This document shows, piece by piece, positions 39,869 through 50,908 of a stretch of 64,000 nucleotides of DNA. This DNA comes from Thecamonas trahens ATCC 50062 (Eukaryota > Protista > Apusomonadida). Within the stretch, counting starts at the first letter, position 1. Each line of letters starts with the position of its first letter. Below the pieces are notes generated by a model. The model saw only the letters and a program-made list of their open reading frames with translations, was not told the DNA's origin and searched no databases. The DNA lies in the NCBI RefSeq assembly GCF_000142905.1, contig NW_013657658.1:310001-374000 (forward strand), written 5' to 3'. Both the position numbers and the translations under genes were made by a program.

Positions 39869-41858
39869 TTGCACTCGCAGACGCAAGTCCGGACACCTGG
39901 ATCCAATACTGCGCGCACTTGTCGCGGACCCGGCGGCCGCCGTCGGCAGCATCGGCCGCAGAGAGCACGCCTTTGACCGTGTGCGGCGTGTATGACGCCG
40001 GTGGGATCTTGCACACGTCGAGCCCTGTAAAGTACTGAGTAAAATGGGCTAGCGGCATGTAGAAGATGCCGTCCTCGTGGGGAGCCCCGCGCGGCCGCGG
40101 CGGGTCGTCACGCCCGGCAGTGAATCGCGAGAGCGACGGCGAGCCCCACGGATTGGCGAGTTTGACCCACCGCGCGGCGCCGCCGCCGACTCCGTCCTCG
40201 GAGCTGACGCCAATGACTGGGTACGCGTGGCCCTGCAGTAGGCCCAGCCGCGACGGGAGGAGGTCGCCGGCGGCGGCCGGTTCGCTCTCCGACGATTCGG
40301 TCGCGGCGGCGACCACGGCTTCGTTGACCAAGTACGCCGCCACGACGGTGGTCGGTGCCGAGACGAGCTCGACGAGCTGCGGCCAAAATGTGCCTGACAT
40401 GATGGCGTCGTGACCCGGGCCCTTGTCGAGCCGGATGTCGAGTGGAATGCCGCCGGTGAGATCGACCAGCGCAGTTTTCTCGGTTCCGCGGTCAATGGCG
40501 TCGTATGAGCCGTGCAGCTTGGCGTACGCCTTTTCCAGAATCATTACCCAGAGCTCGCGCGAGTCTGCTGCGCGCGAGAAGAGCGGCGCCCCAGCGTCGT
40601 TAATTGGCACGCTCCCATCGACCACGACGTACACCCACCGGCAGTTCTTGAACAGACGCACCCCGTAGATCGACGATGTGGTGGAGAACGCAACAAACAG
40701 CGGATGCAGCATGCCGACCGCGCCGACCGCCGCTGCCGCGCCGAGCAGGTACGTCGTTGACAGCAGCCCCGGAACCACATCGCCTGGCACCACAGGATCA
40801 ACAAACATCGACGCGCCCGGGTAGAGTGCCTCGACCCGGGCCGTTGGCGGTGGGCTCCGCGAAATCGTGGCCAGCACGTTGGCCGGCGAGAACTCGGGGT
40901 CGTCAAACACAATGCCGCCCATGGCCTTGCACTCGGAGACTAGGCGCTCAACCTTGCGGCGAACCACTGCACCCGTGCGGCCCCATCCAGCGCGCCAGCC
41001 GCGCGAGCGCGGCGTCCGCATTCGCACCGGCCTGCCCGACCCGCCCTCGCCGATCGCCACGCCAAACGGCTTGAGCGGAGCGCTCACGAGCCACTGCGCG
41101 CCAAGGCCGCCGATGGGGTCAGCCGGCGAGCCGGCAAACGGCGTGCCAACCTTGGCCAGCGCCGACGCCTGCCCGTTGTTCGCTGCCGCATCCGGATCAC
41201 GCAGCTTGCGCCGGCGGTGCTGCGCCGGAAGCGCGACCACCACTGCGCCGGCATGCTGCGTCGACACCGCAGCACTTGCCGACCTCCGGAAGCCTCCTGG
41301 CCCATCTAGACAAAAGCCCGGCGTCGAGTAGTAGGCCGCAAAAATGGCGCGGCGGGCGTAGTACGCACCTGCAAGCGCTGACCGCTTGTCGTCGGCATCT
41401 CCCGGGTCGTCCGCGTCGGCATCGCTGCCGGCTCGCACTTCCATCGGGCGAGCCAGCTCGGGCACGCTCGCCGACAAGTTGAACATGGCCCGAAAGGAGG
41501 CCTCGGCAACAGCGTCAACGCCTTTCGCATCCATCGCCTGCGGCATCGGGCTCATGCTGGCTGCGGCTGGAGCCGGGACGCGGCTGGCGGCTGGCGGCGA
41601 GATCGGGCGCATCGCGGCGGCAGCAGCAGTGGCATCGGAGCCTGGCTCTGCTCTCGCTGGCTGGCCTTCGCTGGCAGGAGCCGGAGACAGGGCCGGAGAC
41701 AGAGACAGAGACGGAGTTGGAGATGCGGGCGGAGAGGTAGGCGCCGGACGTCGGCTGGGGTCGGCGGTTGGGGCGGGAGGCGTAGGAGGTGCAGTGGCTG
41801 GCGTCGGTGGCGAAGGAGCAGCAGCCACCGGAGGGGGTCCCGGGCGGATGGCAGCCAT
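39357..41858 (-). CDS. Calpain-like protein lacking the catalytic cysteine (pseudoprotease), Pro/Ala-rich N-terminus, domain III-like C-terminus
   Basis: FDDPEF, WVYVVVDGSVP, ELWVMILEKAYAKLHGSYDAI, VDLTGG, GHAYPV, LANPWG, DGIFYM. The QGxxGxC motif reads PGLLSTT. Start placed at ATG 41858 (MAAIRPGPPP). Confidence 0.85.
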
Positions 41859-42000
41859 TGGTGGGAGTGGGGGAGGGGGGAGGGGGAGGGGAGGGGGGGG
41901 AGGGGGGGCGGTATGGAGTGAGGCAGTGAGCGTGAGAGGAGGAGACGGCGTGGCGGGAACGACAGCGAAGCGATGGCGTGCGTCCAATGGCGACCAATCA

Positions 42001-42063
42001 ATGGCGTTCAATAGCAATCGATGGCGGTCAGCGGCAATCGATGGTGGTCAGCGGCAATCGATG
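42001..42063. repeat. 20-bp tandem repeat, three copies (atggcggtcagcggcaatcg)
   Basis: Units at 42001, 42021 and 42041 with few mismatches, in the divergent intergenic region. Confidence 0.85.
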
Positions 42064-42522
42064 TGACCATGCCCATGACCTGGCATCGAAAGAAAGTCAT
42101 CAGAATCCACACCCCTTCCCGGACAATGACATGGTAAGCTCCCCCTCCCCCCCCCTCCCCCCCCCCTCTCCCGCATCCTGATCCCCCATCCCCCCTCAAT
42201 AATACATCAATACATGCTCCCGTCCTCCCGCTACCCTCCCTGCCCCTGTATCCCCCTCCATATCCTCGTTACCACTCCATTCCATTTCCTCCAATCCCCG
42301 CTCCATCCCCCCCCCCAATCGCCCTTCCATCGCCCAGCCACAGCTCACATGCGCCACAAAGCCGCGTGACTCACACCACGAGCCGACCTCACCCGAAGGC
42401 CACCACCACCACCCCCACCACCACCACCCACATTCACTCACACTGCACTCCTTGCCCTCACTCCCTCCCTACCTACCCTACCCCCCCTCCCCCTCCCCCC
42501 CTTCCCCTCCCCACGCACACCA

Positions 42523-42561
42523 GCACACGCTCGGCGCACACGCTCGGCGCACACGCTCGGC
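42523..42561. repeat. 13-bp tandem repeat, three copies (gcacacgctcggc)
   Basis: Perfect units about 40 bp upstream of the GPCR-PIPK ATG. Confidence 0.85.
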
Positions 42562-42600
42562 GCGCATCGACAGGTGGACGGACGTCTGCGGGGAAGCGAC

Positions 42601-45075
42601 ATGACCAGTAGGGAGGAGCTTGTGGCGCAGTATGTGCAGGATTTCGACTCGACGGTGTATGTGTACCTGGTGACTTCGTCGCTGGCCCTCGTTCTCTGCA
42701 CCCTCTCCTTCTCGCTCTACGCATCCATCCCTGCCCTCCGCAAGCACCCGTCGTCCATCATCTTCTGGAACCTGGTCGCCGACGCCGCCTTCTCGCTCAA
42801 GTTCTTTCTCTCATCGGTGGCATGGCTTGCTCGCTCGCCGGTTGCCCGGCCGGGCCTCTACGACCACTCGTTTCATCTCATCGCAGACTCGTGCGTCTCC
42901 GCCGCTATCTACGGCGAGTTCTGGGGCGTGACCACCGGCGGGTACAACTTTGTGTGGGTCTTCAACTTTTATCGTGAGCTCAAGGCGCCACTCATCTCCA
43001 CAAAGTCCTCGATGAAGTTCTACCACGCTTATGTCCTCTTCATGTCGCTCATCGGCGTCGCTGCCGTCCTCGCCAACCATCACTTTACCGTCTCGGGAGA
43101 TCTCACCTGCTGGGTCGCCATCCACTCGGTCGCCGCCTGGTACACCGACATTCTCATCGTCATATATGGCGGCTTTGGCTTCTACACCCTTGTCTACCTT
43201 GTGGCCTGGCGCCTCAAGGGCCAGCTCATCTTTGCCCGCTCGCGCCGGGCTCAGCTCCTCAAGCACCACGCCTGGTACGTCCTTGTCTTTGTCGTCTGCT
43301 GGCTCCCGCCGCTCATCTGGCGCCACACGTACTCGGCCATCTACGGCGCCGATGCCCAGCAACCGCACCTCCTCCGCCTTCTCACTGCCGCCATGTACTC
43401 GGGCCAGGCCGTCCTCATCTGCTTTGTGCGCATGCTCGAGCCTTCGGTCCGCCGCGTCCTCTGCTCGCGCCTGCCATGCTGCCGCCGCTTCTTCCCGCCG
43501 CAAACCGGCTACGATGAGCTGGCTACCGTCGACGCACCCGATTGGGACACGCTCACCGGCATTGTCTCCATCCAGGGTGACGCTCCTGGCTCCGGCCTGC
43601 CGCGAGTCACCACCCCGTACACTGCCCTTCTCTCCCCGTTCGGCGACGAGCCGGCCATGCGCTACGGCTCCGTCTCGCCCGTCAGCTCATCCAAGATCCG
43701 CCTCCGCACCCCCACGCTTGTCGATCCCAACGAAGTCCGCGGTTGGGGTCTTGGCTCCGAGTTCCGGGTCGAGATGCTCCTCTGCATGCTCTCTGGTGTC
43801 TGTCAAAACCTCTACGATGCCAAGGTCCGTGAGACGCAGGAATTTATACGCACCGCGCCGCTCACCGAGCTCCGCAAACTTGCCGAGGTTAAGACAAGGT
43901 ACTCGTTCAAGTTCAAGTTCCGCAACGCAGGCGTTACCTCGTCCCTCCACGACACCGACGACGTCGGCTCGATCACCGACTCGGCCATGTCGGGTGCGTT
44001 TGACACCTTTGACGCTTCGCCAACCGGCAAGGCACCGCCATCGGGCGAGTCGCGCCACCACATCACCGTCTATGCCGCAGATCTGTTTGAGGCCATCCGC
44101 GGCGTGTGCTCGGTCTCGGCCGCAGAGATTGCCCGCGTCATCTCGCCCGACCTCTACCGCGCCGGCCGCATCAAGGCCTCGTTCTCGGCTGCCCGCTCCG
44201 GCTCGTTCTTCTGCTTCTCGGCTGATGCCCGGTTCATGGTCAAAACCATGCCGTCGAAGGAAGTCGCCGTTCTCCTCCAACTCTTGCCCGAGTACTACTT
44301 GCACCGGACGATGAACAAGTCCACGCTCCTCTGCCCCATCCTCGGCCTCTACGCGCTTCACGTTACCCAGTTTGAGACCGTTTACCTCATGGTCATGGGC
44401 AACGTGCTCGGTGATGTCAAGCACGATGCCGTCTACGATCTGAAGGGCTCGACCGTCAATCGCATGTCTGCCGGCCGTGCCTCGTCGCTGCACTCGGCCT
44501 CGGGTCCAGAGCCGTCGCCGCTGGCCGCGACGACGCCAACCACTCCGGTCCTGGGGCTTCTGTCTGGCCGCACCGCCGCTCTCTCGCCCGGCTCGAGCGC
44601 CGCCGGCTCGCCCGAGTCAGGCTCCAAGCTGGACGCCGCCAACACGGGCAAGTCGTCAGGTTTGCTGATGGACAACGACTTTGCTGTTGACTTTCCAGCA
44701 GGCCTCGCCATCAGCGCCCGCGCAAGGCGGCGGCTGCTTCGCCAGCTGGAGAGTGACGCCCGCCTCCTCACCGCCCACAACCTCATGGACTACTCGGTGC
44801 TGGTTGGCGTCTCGCGGGTCACGCCCGACGGGCCGCAACGCCCGGCCCGCGACTTGCTTGGCGACCCGCTGTGGGTGCTGAGCTCGACAGACGGCGAATA
44901 CGTGTACGCGCTGGGCATCATCGACCTCTTCCAGCGGTACAACGTGTCGAAAAAGGTCGAGCGCTCGCTGAAGAAGCTCCGCCACGCCTCGCGGACCGTC
45001 GACATCTCCGCTCTCCCGCCCGAGGGCTACGCCGCACGTCTGCTGCGGTTTGTGGCCGACTCGGTCTTTCCGTAG
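42601..45075 (+). CDS. GPCR-PIP kinase fusion (7TM receptor plus phosphatidylinositol phosphate kinase; RpkA/oomycete GK type)
   Basis: About seven hydrophobic helices in the first ~280 aa (LRKHPSSIIFW, TCWV, YVLVFVVCWLP). Kinase motifs RSGSFFCFSADARFMVKT, YDLKGS, LMDYSVLVG, GIIDLFQRY, KKVE, ISALPPEGYAAR. Confidence 0.9.
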   Translation: MTSREELVAQYVQDFDSTVYVYLVTSSLALVLCTLSFSLYASIPALRKHPSSIIFWNLVADAAFSLKFFLSSVAWLARSPVARPGLYDHSFHLIADSCVSAAIYGEFWGVTTGGYNFVWVFNFYRELKAPLISTKSSMKFYHAYVLFMSLIGVAAVLANHHFTVSGDLTCWVAIHSVAAWYTDILIVIYGGFGFYTLVYLVAWRLKGQLIFARSRRAQLLKHHAWYVLVFVVCWLPPLIWRHTYSAIYGADAQQPHLLRLLTAAMYSGQAVLICFVRMLEPSVRRVLCSRLPCCRRFFPPQTGYDELATVDAPDWDTLTGIVSIQGDAPGSGLPRVTTPYTALLSPFGDEPAMRYGSVSPVSSSKIRLRTPTLVDPNEVRGWGLGSEFRVEMLLCMLSGVCQNLYDAKVRETQEFIRTAPLTELRKLAEVKTRYSFKFKFRNAGVTSSLHDTDDVGSITDSAMSGAFDTFDASPTGKAPPSGESRHHITVYAADLFEAIRGVCSVSAAEIARVISPDLYRAGRIKASFSAARSGSFFCFSADARFMVKTMPSKEVAVLLQLLPEYYLHRTMNKSTLLCPILGLYALHVTQFETVYLMVMGNVLGDVKHDAVYDLKGSTVNRMSAGRASSLHSASGPEPSPLAATTPTTPVLGLLSGRTAALSPGSSAAGSPESGSKLDAANTGKSSGLLMDNDFAVDFPAGLAISARARRRLLRQLESDARLLTAHNLMDYSVLVGVSRVTPDGPQRPARDLLGDPLWVLSSTDGEYVYALGIIDLFQRYNVSKKVERSLKKLRHASRTVDISALPPEGYAARLLRFVADSVFP

Positions 45076-45087
45076 CTTTTATTCCGA

Positions 45088-48000
45088 TCAGAGTGCGTTC
45101 AGCAGATGAAGCAAGGGGTCGTCACCTTGGTCACTCTCGTACCCGCCATCATCGACCGAGACGTTGATCTCGGAAAGCAGCCGCTCGATGGACGAGCAGA
45201 CAACAGATGCTCGCGGGTAGTCGGTCGGCGTAAACTCGGCCTCGGCCTCGGGCTCATCAGAGTCAGAGTCGGGCTCGACTGCCGGCAGGGCAGCAAGAAG
45301 GGCGGCGGCCGGCGGCGGCGGCTTGGGCGGCGGCGCGCCACAGCCGCCTGCGGCCGCGATCGCCGCCGACGACGGCGGCTTAACCAGTGTCGATCGCCGC
45401 GCCTTGGTCTTGGCCGGAACACGGGTAGCGTCTGCCGACGATGTCGGTGGCTTGACAAGCGTGGCTCGCCGCGAGGTTGTCGGCGGCGGTGCAGGTGCAG
45501 GAACAGGCGCAGGTGCAGACGCGGGAAGAAACCCTCTTTTTTCTTGCGGGTCGGGTGTTGGGGGGGCGGCCGGCGGGCGAGAGCCGGCTTTGATGCCGGC
45601 GCTGCTTCCACCCCAGGCTCTGGCGGCGTGCTGCCGCGGCGACGGGTGCAGGCAATGGCGGGGGCGGTCTTTTTGGTCTTTTTCGGCCTTCGCGGCAGCG
45701 GCAGAGTCGGAATTCGTCGGTCAGTGGCGGTCGGTACGGCGGGCGGCGGCGGCCGGCCACGCCGACGTGGGTCGGTCGTCGGCACCGGCGGCGGCGGCGG
45801 CCGGTTTCGCGCTGCCGATGCCAGTGATGGCGCGTCGGCGCTAGCGGCGTTTGGCTCTGGCTCGGCGTCGGAGCACGGCGTGTCGGTCGGTGATGGTTGT
45901 GGAGCTGACCGCGAGTAGCCCGAATAATCCGACGAGGTCGACGACGTCGACGAGTCAAAGGTCCGCGACGCAAGGCGCGAACGGGTGCGGGGGTGGTGGC
46001 CCGGGGCAGGACCGCCGATACCGGCCTCGATGTCATCAAGCGCGGCCTCAATGTCGTCAAGCGACGCCGCGGACGCGATGGACAATCGGACCCGCGAGGC
46101 CCGCCGCTCCAAAAGGAGAGTTCGCGACCGCGAGCCTGTCCGCAGCCTCAGCGGCTGCGAGTCAGGGAGCTCAAGGCCGTCGCCGGCAAGGCTGGTGCCC
46201 AGTGACGAGTTCAACTCGTTCAAGCTCGCGTCGGAGCTGGTGGCGACAGCAGCCGCGGTGGCGGCGGCGGCAGCGGCGGCAGCAGCGTTGTGCGCGAGCG
46301 TCTCCTTGATGCGCTTGACAAGGAGGGCAATGGCGAGCTTGGTCTCGACGCCAACCTTGGCGCGCATGACTTTGATGTCGCGGACCGGAATGACGGCCTC
46401 GACAAGCGCCGAGGCCGACGCAAGCGCGTCCGTGACCAGGGTAAACTCGTCGAGGGAGAGCCCATTGCCGTCAAAGCTAAGCGAGACAAGAGTAGTGTTG
46501 TCGGCAAGAAGCAAGACCAGCGGAGCGACCAGCGCGCTGCCCATCCGGTTGTAAGAGACGTCCAGGGCGCGGAGGGTTGCAAACGACTGGGTGGCGAGCG
46601 CGTCGAGGAGAATGGCCCCGTGAGCGCCGAGTCGGCGGGATCCGGCGCCTACCAAGCTCACTTCCGAGTACGCGCCGGTCGCCATGAGCGCCGCAAGGTT
46701 CATGACGACTTGCGGGACATCACGCGACTTGGTCTTGAACACCCGATCGAGCGAGAGAGTCCGCAGGCTGGTAGCAAACGGCTTGAGCGCATTGAGGAGG
46801 AGGAGGAGAACAGGCGGCGGTGCCGTCAAGTCGTCGAGGACAAGTGTGTGGAGCGAGGTAAACGAGCCAAACGAGCCCAGGAAAAGCGGCGCGTTCCCGG
46901 CAGAGAGATCGAGGTCGGCAAGGGCGAGCTTGCACTTGCCGTCGTGGGAGGCTGATGCCGAGCCAAAAGCCGCCACAAGGCGAGCGAGGTACGCCGGCTC
47001 GACCCGCATCGATGAGAGGTTGAGGTCAGCGAGGGCGGAGAGGGCAGAGAGAAAGGTGACAGCGCGGACAATAGTGTCGCCGTCCATGTCGAGGCCCGAG
47101 AGGTCGAGAGCGGTGAGAGTGGAGAGGACAGCGGCCGGTGGCATGACGGTGGCCACGCGCATGCCCATGGCTTGCAGCAGCAGCCCGAGGTGCAGGTCGG
47201 TGCTGCCAAGGCCCAGGCTCTGCAGGCGGACAACGCGATGACCGGCGAGCCAAGCGCCAAGCGCCGACGAGCCGGTGGCCTCGAGGCGGTTGCTGGAAAT
47301 GTCGAGAGCCGTGATGGCGTGAAGCGGCGAGTCCGGTGGGCGCGAGGCGAGGAGGGCGGCGAGGCCGTCGCCAGTCATGGACGTGGCCTTGAGGTTGAGG
47401 GTGGTGAGGAACGGCAGTGTGTCCAGCGCCGGTGCGAGGGCAGCCACGCCCTTGTCCTTGAGCGGATTGAAGGAGAGATCAAGGAGGGCGAGCGAGGCCG
47501 GGCCCGGATTGGCCAGCAGGCCGGCGGTGAGCTTGTCGATGCCGGTGCGGGCGCCACAGTTGGAGACGACCAGCTGGGTGAGGGTGGTGTTGGAAGCGAG
47601 CGCAAAGGCGAGGAGGCCGAGGATGCGAGGGCGTGAGACGTCGGTCAGCTCGAGGCGGTCAAAGTAGCGGTTGAACTTGAGGGCGAGGGCGAGCGGGTTG
47701 AGCGAGACCTTCTTGGACGACGAAACGTTGGGGACTTCCGAGAGAAGAAGCGAGCGCGCCCACGGTCCGTCGACAATCTGCGCTAGGAAGCGGTCAAGAT
47801 CGGGCGAGAAAGCCGACCAGCCCTGGAGGGCGGCGACGGAGCGGTAGGCCGTGAGGATGTTGCCACCGGGCGAGGGTGCGGGAAGCGGGGGGGGATCCAG
47901 CGGCGGCGCGGCCCAGGCAAAGTCGTCAAAGGCCACCGTTAGGTCTGCCGGCCAGCCCCAGGTGAGCAGGCGGTAGCGGGCGACAAGAGCCTGGGTAATG

Positions 48001-48371
48001 GCGCCGGGCACGCCGGCCAGGACCAGCTCGCCCGGCTTGACAAAGTCCAGCTTGAGCTGGCCGGCCGAAAGATCTGCTGCCGCCGCCGAGAGCTGGAGCA
48101 GCGGATAGCGGGCAACGAGCTTGCGCGACGACTTGACAACCCGTCCGGCCTTGACCAGCAGCAGATGGTAGTCCGTGATGACCACAAGCCGTGAGCGAGT
48201 GGTCGAGCCTGCAACCTGCACCACCCATGCCCCGTGCAGCACCGCTTCACGGAGCGGCCACTCGACCTGGGCAAGGACAAACTCTGTAGCGGGGAGGGTG
48301 AGGGGGGGGAGGGGGGGGGGGGGGAGGGGATAGGAGGGGGGGGGGAGGAGGGAGGGGGGGGGCGGTACCAT
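45088..48371 (-). CDS. CARMIL/LRRC16-like protein: PH-like domain, RI-type leucine-rich repeats, Pro-rich and acidic tail
   Basis: RLVVITDYHLLLVK (PH-like), LALALKFNRYFDRLEL (CARMIL linker-like), many LDLSxN repeats. After a frame change near 45530-45570 the tail reads PAPVPAPAPPPTTSRRATLVKPP...DDGGYESDQGDDPLLHLLNAL, stop 45088-45090. The 5' end is uncertain (probable C-rich intron about 48284-48368, next to the gap). Confidence 0.7.
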
Positions 48372-48402
48372 TGTCTGTGCGTGTAAGTCGACCGGAATGC
48401 AA

Positions 48403-49091
48403 NNNNNNNNNNNNNNNNNNNNNNNNNNNNNNNNNNNNNNNNNNNNNNNNNNNNNNNNNNNNNNNNNNNNNNNNNNNNNNNNNNNNNNNNNNNNNNNNNN
48501 NNNNNNNNNNNNNNNNNNNNNNNNNNNNNNNNNNNNNNNNNNNNNNNNNNNNNNNNNNNNNNNNNNNNNNNNNNNNNNNNNNNNNNNNNNNNNNNNNNNN
48601 NNNNNNNNNNNNNNNNNNNNNNNNNNNNNNNNNNNNNNNNNNNNNNNNNNNNNNNNNNNNNNNNNNNNNNNNNNNNNNNNNNNNNNNNNNNNNNNNNNNN
48701 NNNNNNNNNNNNNNNNNNNNNNNNNNNNNNNNNNNNNNNNNNNNNNNNNNNNNNNNNNNNNNNNNNNNNNNNNNNNNNNNNNNNNNNNNNNNNNNNNNNN
48801 NNNNNNNNNNNNNNNNNNNNNNNNNNNNNNNNNNNNNNNNNNNNNNNNNNNNNNNNNNNNNNNNNNNNNNNNNNNNNNNNNNNNNNNNNNNNNNNNNNNN
48901 NNNNNNNNNNNNNNNNNNNNNNNNNNNNNNNNNNNNNNNNNNNNNNNNNNNNNNNNNNNNNNNNNNNNNNNNNNNNNNNNNNNNNNNNNNNNNNNNNNNN
49001 NNNNNNNNNNNNNNNNNNNNNNNNNNNNNNNNNNNNNNNNNNNNNNNNNNNNNNNNNNNNNNNNNNNNNNNNNNNNNNNNNNNNNNNNNNN
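48403..49091. other. Assembly gap (N run)
   Basis: 689 Ns. Confidence 0.99.
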
Positions 49092-49225
49092 AGGGAGGGG
49101 GGTGACTCACAGGGCATTGGGGCGCGCCTGGATGATGGTGTGGTGCTGGTTCGGGGGTCGCGGGGTGGCTGGGCGCCGTGGCTGTGACTGGTGGTGCTGG
49201 TGGTGCTGGTGCGGGCGTGGACAGG

Positions 49226-49540
49226 ATGGAGCTGGAGCAGCCTGAAGTGCCCAAAGAGGGCGAGGGTGTGGCCGGGCCGCTCTCGATGCTGGCGGATGCG
49301 GTGAAGAACTCGACGCAGGTCCTCATTGCGCTGCGGAACAACCGCAAGCTCCTGGCAAGGGTGCGGGCCTTTGATCGGCACTTTAACATGGTGCTGGAGA
49401 ACGTGTCGGTCTTCTGGACCGAGAAGGGCGGCAAGGGCCGCGGGGTGAAGCGGGCGGAGGACGTGGAGAAGGACATGTTTGTGTCGAAGATGTTCCTCCG
49501 TGGTGCCGGTGTGGTGCTGGTGCTCAAGAACCCCAAGTAA
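49226..49540 (+). CDS. SNRPD2: Small nuclear ribonucleoprotein Sm D2
   Basis: [42 protein letters not shown]...WTE and [16 protein letters not shown]. Possible upstream exon (acceptor-like GGACAG just before the ATG). Confidence 0.88.
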   Translation: MELEQPEVPKEGEGVAGPLSMLADAVKNSTQVLIALRNNRKLLARVRAFDRHFNMVLENVSVFWTEKGGKGRGVKRAEDVEKDMFVSKMFLRGAGVVLVLKNPK

Positions 49541-49649
49541 AGGTGTGTGGGTGCTCGGTGGTTGGCGGTGGTGAAGGGGAGGGAGGCCAGAAGGGGGGGG
49601 AGCAGGGGGCGATAGTGGGATACATGGCATGGAATGACCTCTGGTTGCA

Positions 49650-49780
49650 GATGGCCAGGGGATGGTTGTGGATGGATAAGGGGATGGTTGTGGATGGATA
49701 AGGATGGCTATGGGACGCTACGAATGGGTGCACGATGGTTGTGGAAGGCTGCGGATGACTGTGGGCTGCTGACGAATGAC
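49650..49780. repeat. Degenerate ~21-bp tandem repeat (ggatggttgtggatggataag)
   Basis: Two near-perfect units plus decaying copies between SmD2 and the SDR-like gene. Confidence 0.6.
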
Positions 49781-49914
49781 TCGGGCATGACGTGGTGGTG
49801 ACGCGGGGCGGGCAGCGATGCGCGCGCGGCGTGATAAAAACGCGCAGGCCGCGGTGTGAGGCAGGACAATCAGAGTAGGGCACAGAACAACAAGTAGAAC
49901 AAGAACAAGAGAAT

Positions 49915-50640
49915 ATGTTTGGAATCAAGAATTACACTCCCAAGGACGTACCGACGACAAAAAGCAAGACGGTGCTGGTGACCGGGACCGAGGCCGGGTT
50001 CGGCCGGCGAATGGTGGAGACGCTCTCGGGCGCAGGGCACACGGTGGTGGCGGCCATGCGCGAGATCAAGGGCATCAACGCGACGGCTGCTTCGGAGCTG
50101 CGTGAGCTGCCCAACGTGGTGGTCATCGGCCTCGATGCCAGTGCCGACGACGCAAAGATCGAGTCGGCTCTGCACGCGGCAGCGGCGGCAGCCGGCTCGC
50201 CCATCGACGTCCTCCTCCTCATGTCGGCGACGGGCAAGATTGGCCAATCGTCCGATGAGCTGATGGCGTACTTTGACGAGCGGATCGCCAGCCAGCACCG
50301 CATTGCGCGGACGGTCTCGCACGACATGGCCAAGCGCGGCCACGGCTCGATCATCTTCATGTCGCGGACGCCGCTCGACATGGGCACCGACAGTGCCGGA
50401 GTTGGCGCGTTCTCGGCCACGCAGTGGGCCATCGAGGCTCTTGCCCGGACGATGCGAACCGAGCTCCGCAGCTCGGGCGTGGACGTCTTCTTCTTCCCGG
50501 CCGGCGCCGAGCTGTACGATCTCGACGATGTCGATCCGGACATGTTCTTCGAGACGACGGCCAAGCAGCTCGAGGCCGGCGCCGCGCCGCCCGACCCGCT
50601 GGTAGTTGCCGGTACGCTGCTGCAGCTTGTGGGCCAATGA
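49915..50640 (+). CDS. Short-chain dehydrogenase/reductase-like protein without catalytic residues (pseudo-SDR)
   Basis: TVLVTGTEAGFG Rossmann motif. NNAG is replaced by LMSA and YxxxK by FSATQ (50410-50424). N-terminal half aligns by eye with the SDR at 56458. Confidence 0.8.
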   Translation: MFGIKNYTPKDVPTTKSKTVLVTGTEAGFGRRMVETLSGAGHTVVAAMREIKGINATAASELRELPNVVVIGLDASADDAKIESALHAAAAAAGSPIDVLLLMSATGKIGQSSDELMAYFDERIASQHRIARTVSHDMAKRGHGSIIFMSRTPLDMGTDSAGVGAFSATQWAIEALARTMRTELRSSGVDVFFFPAGAELYDLDDVDPDMFFETTAKQLEAGAAPPDPLVVAGTLLQLVGQ

Positions 50641-50908
50641 GGTCGCAATCGACAGCATCAACAGCTGCAGCATAGTGTGTAGTCGAGGGGGGAACGTAAA
50701 CTAGAGACGAGCCTAGAAGCAAGGGATGGAGAGGGGGGGCGGGGGGGGGGGGCGGCCTGGCTGGCTGGCTGGCTGGCTGGCGAGCAGCCGGCACCAGTTT
50801 CGGCTCGGTGCGCTGCCTTGCTTCGCCACCGGGTGCCAGTGCCAGGGGCAGCAGCAGGCGGGGCAGGGGCGGGGGCGAGCACAAGTCCTCTGCCAACAGT
50901 CACACAGC

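Noticed and set aside
42001-42063. Short repeats as a CRISPR array
   Set aside because: Head-to-tail with no unique spacers, no cas genes, eukaryotic context.
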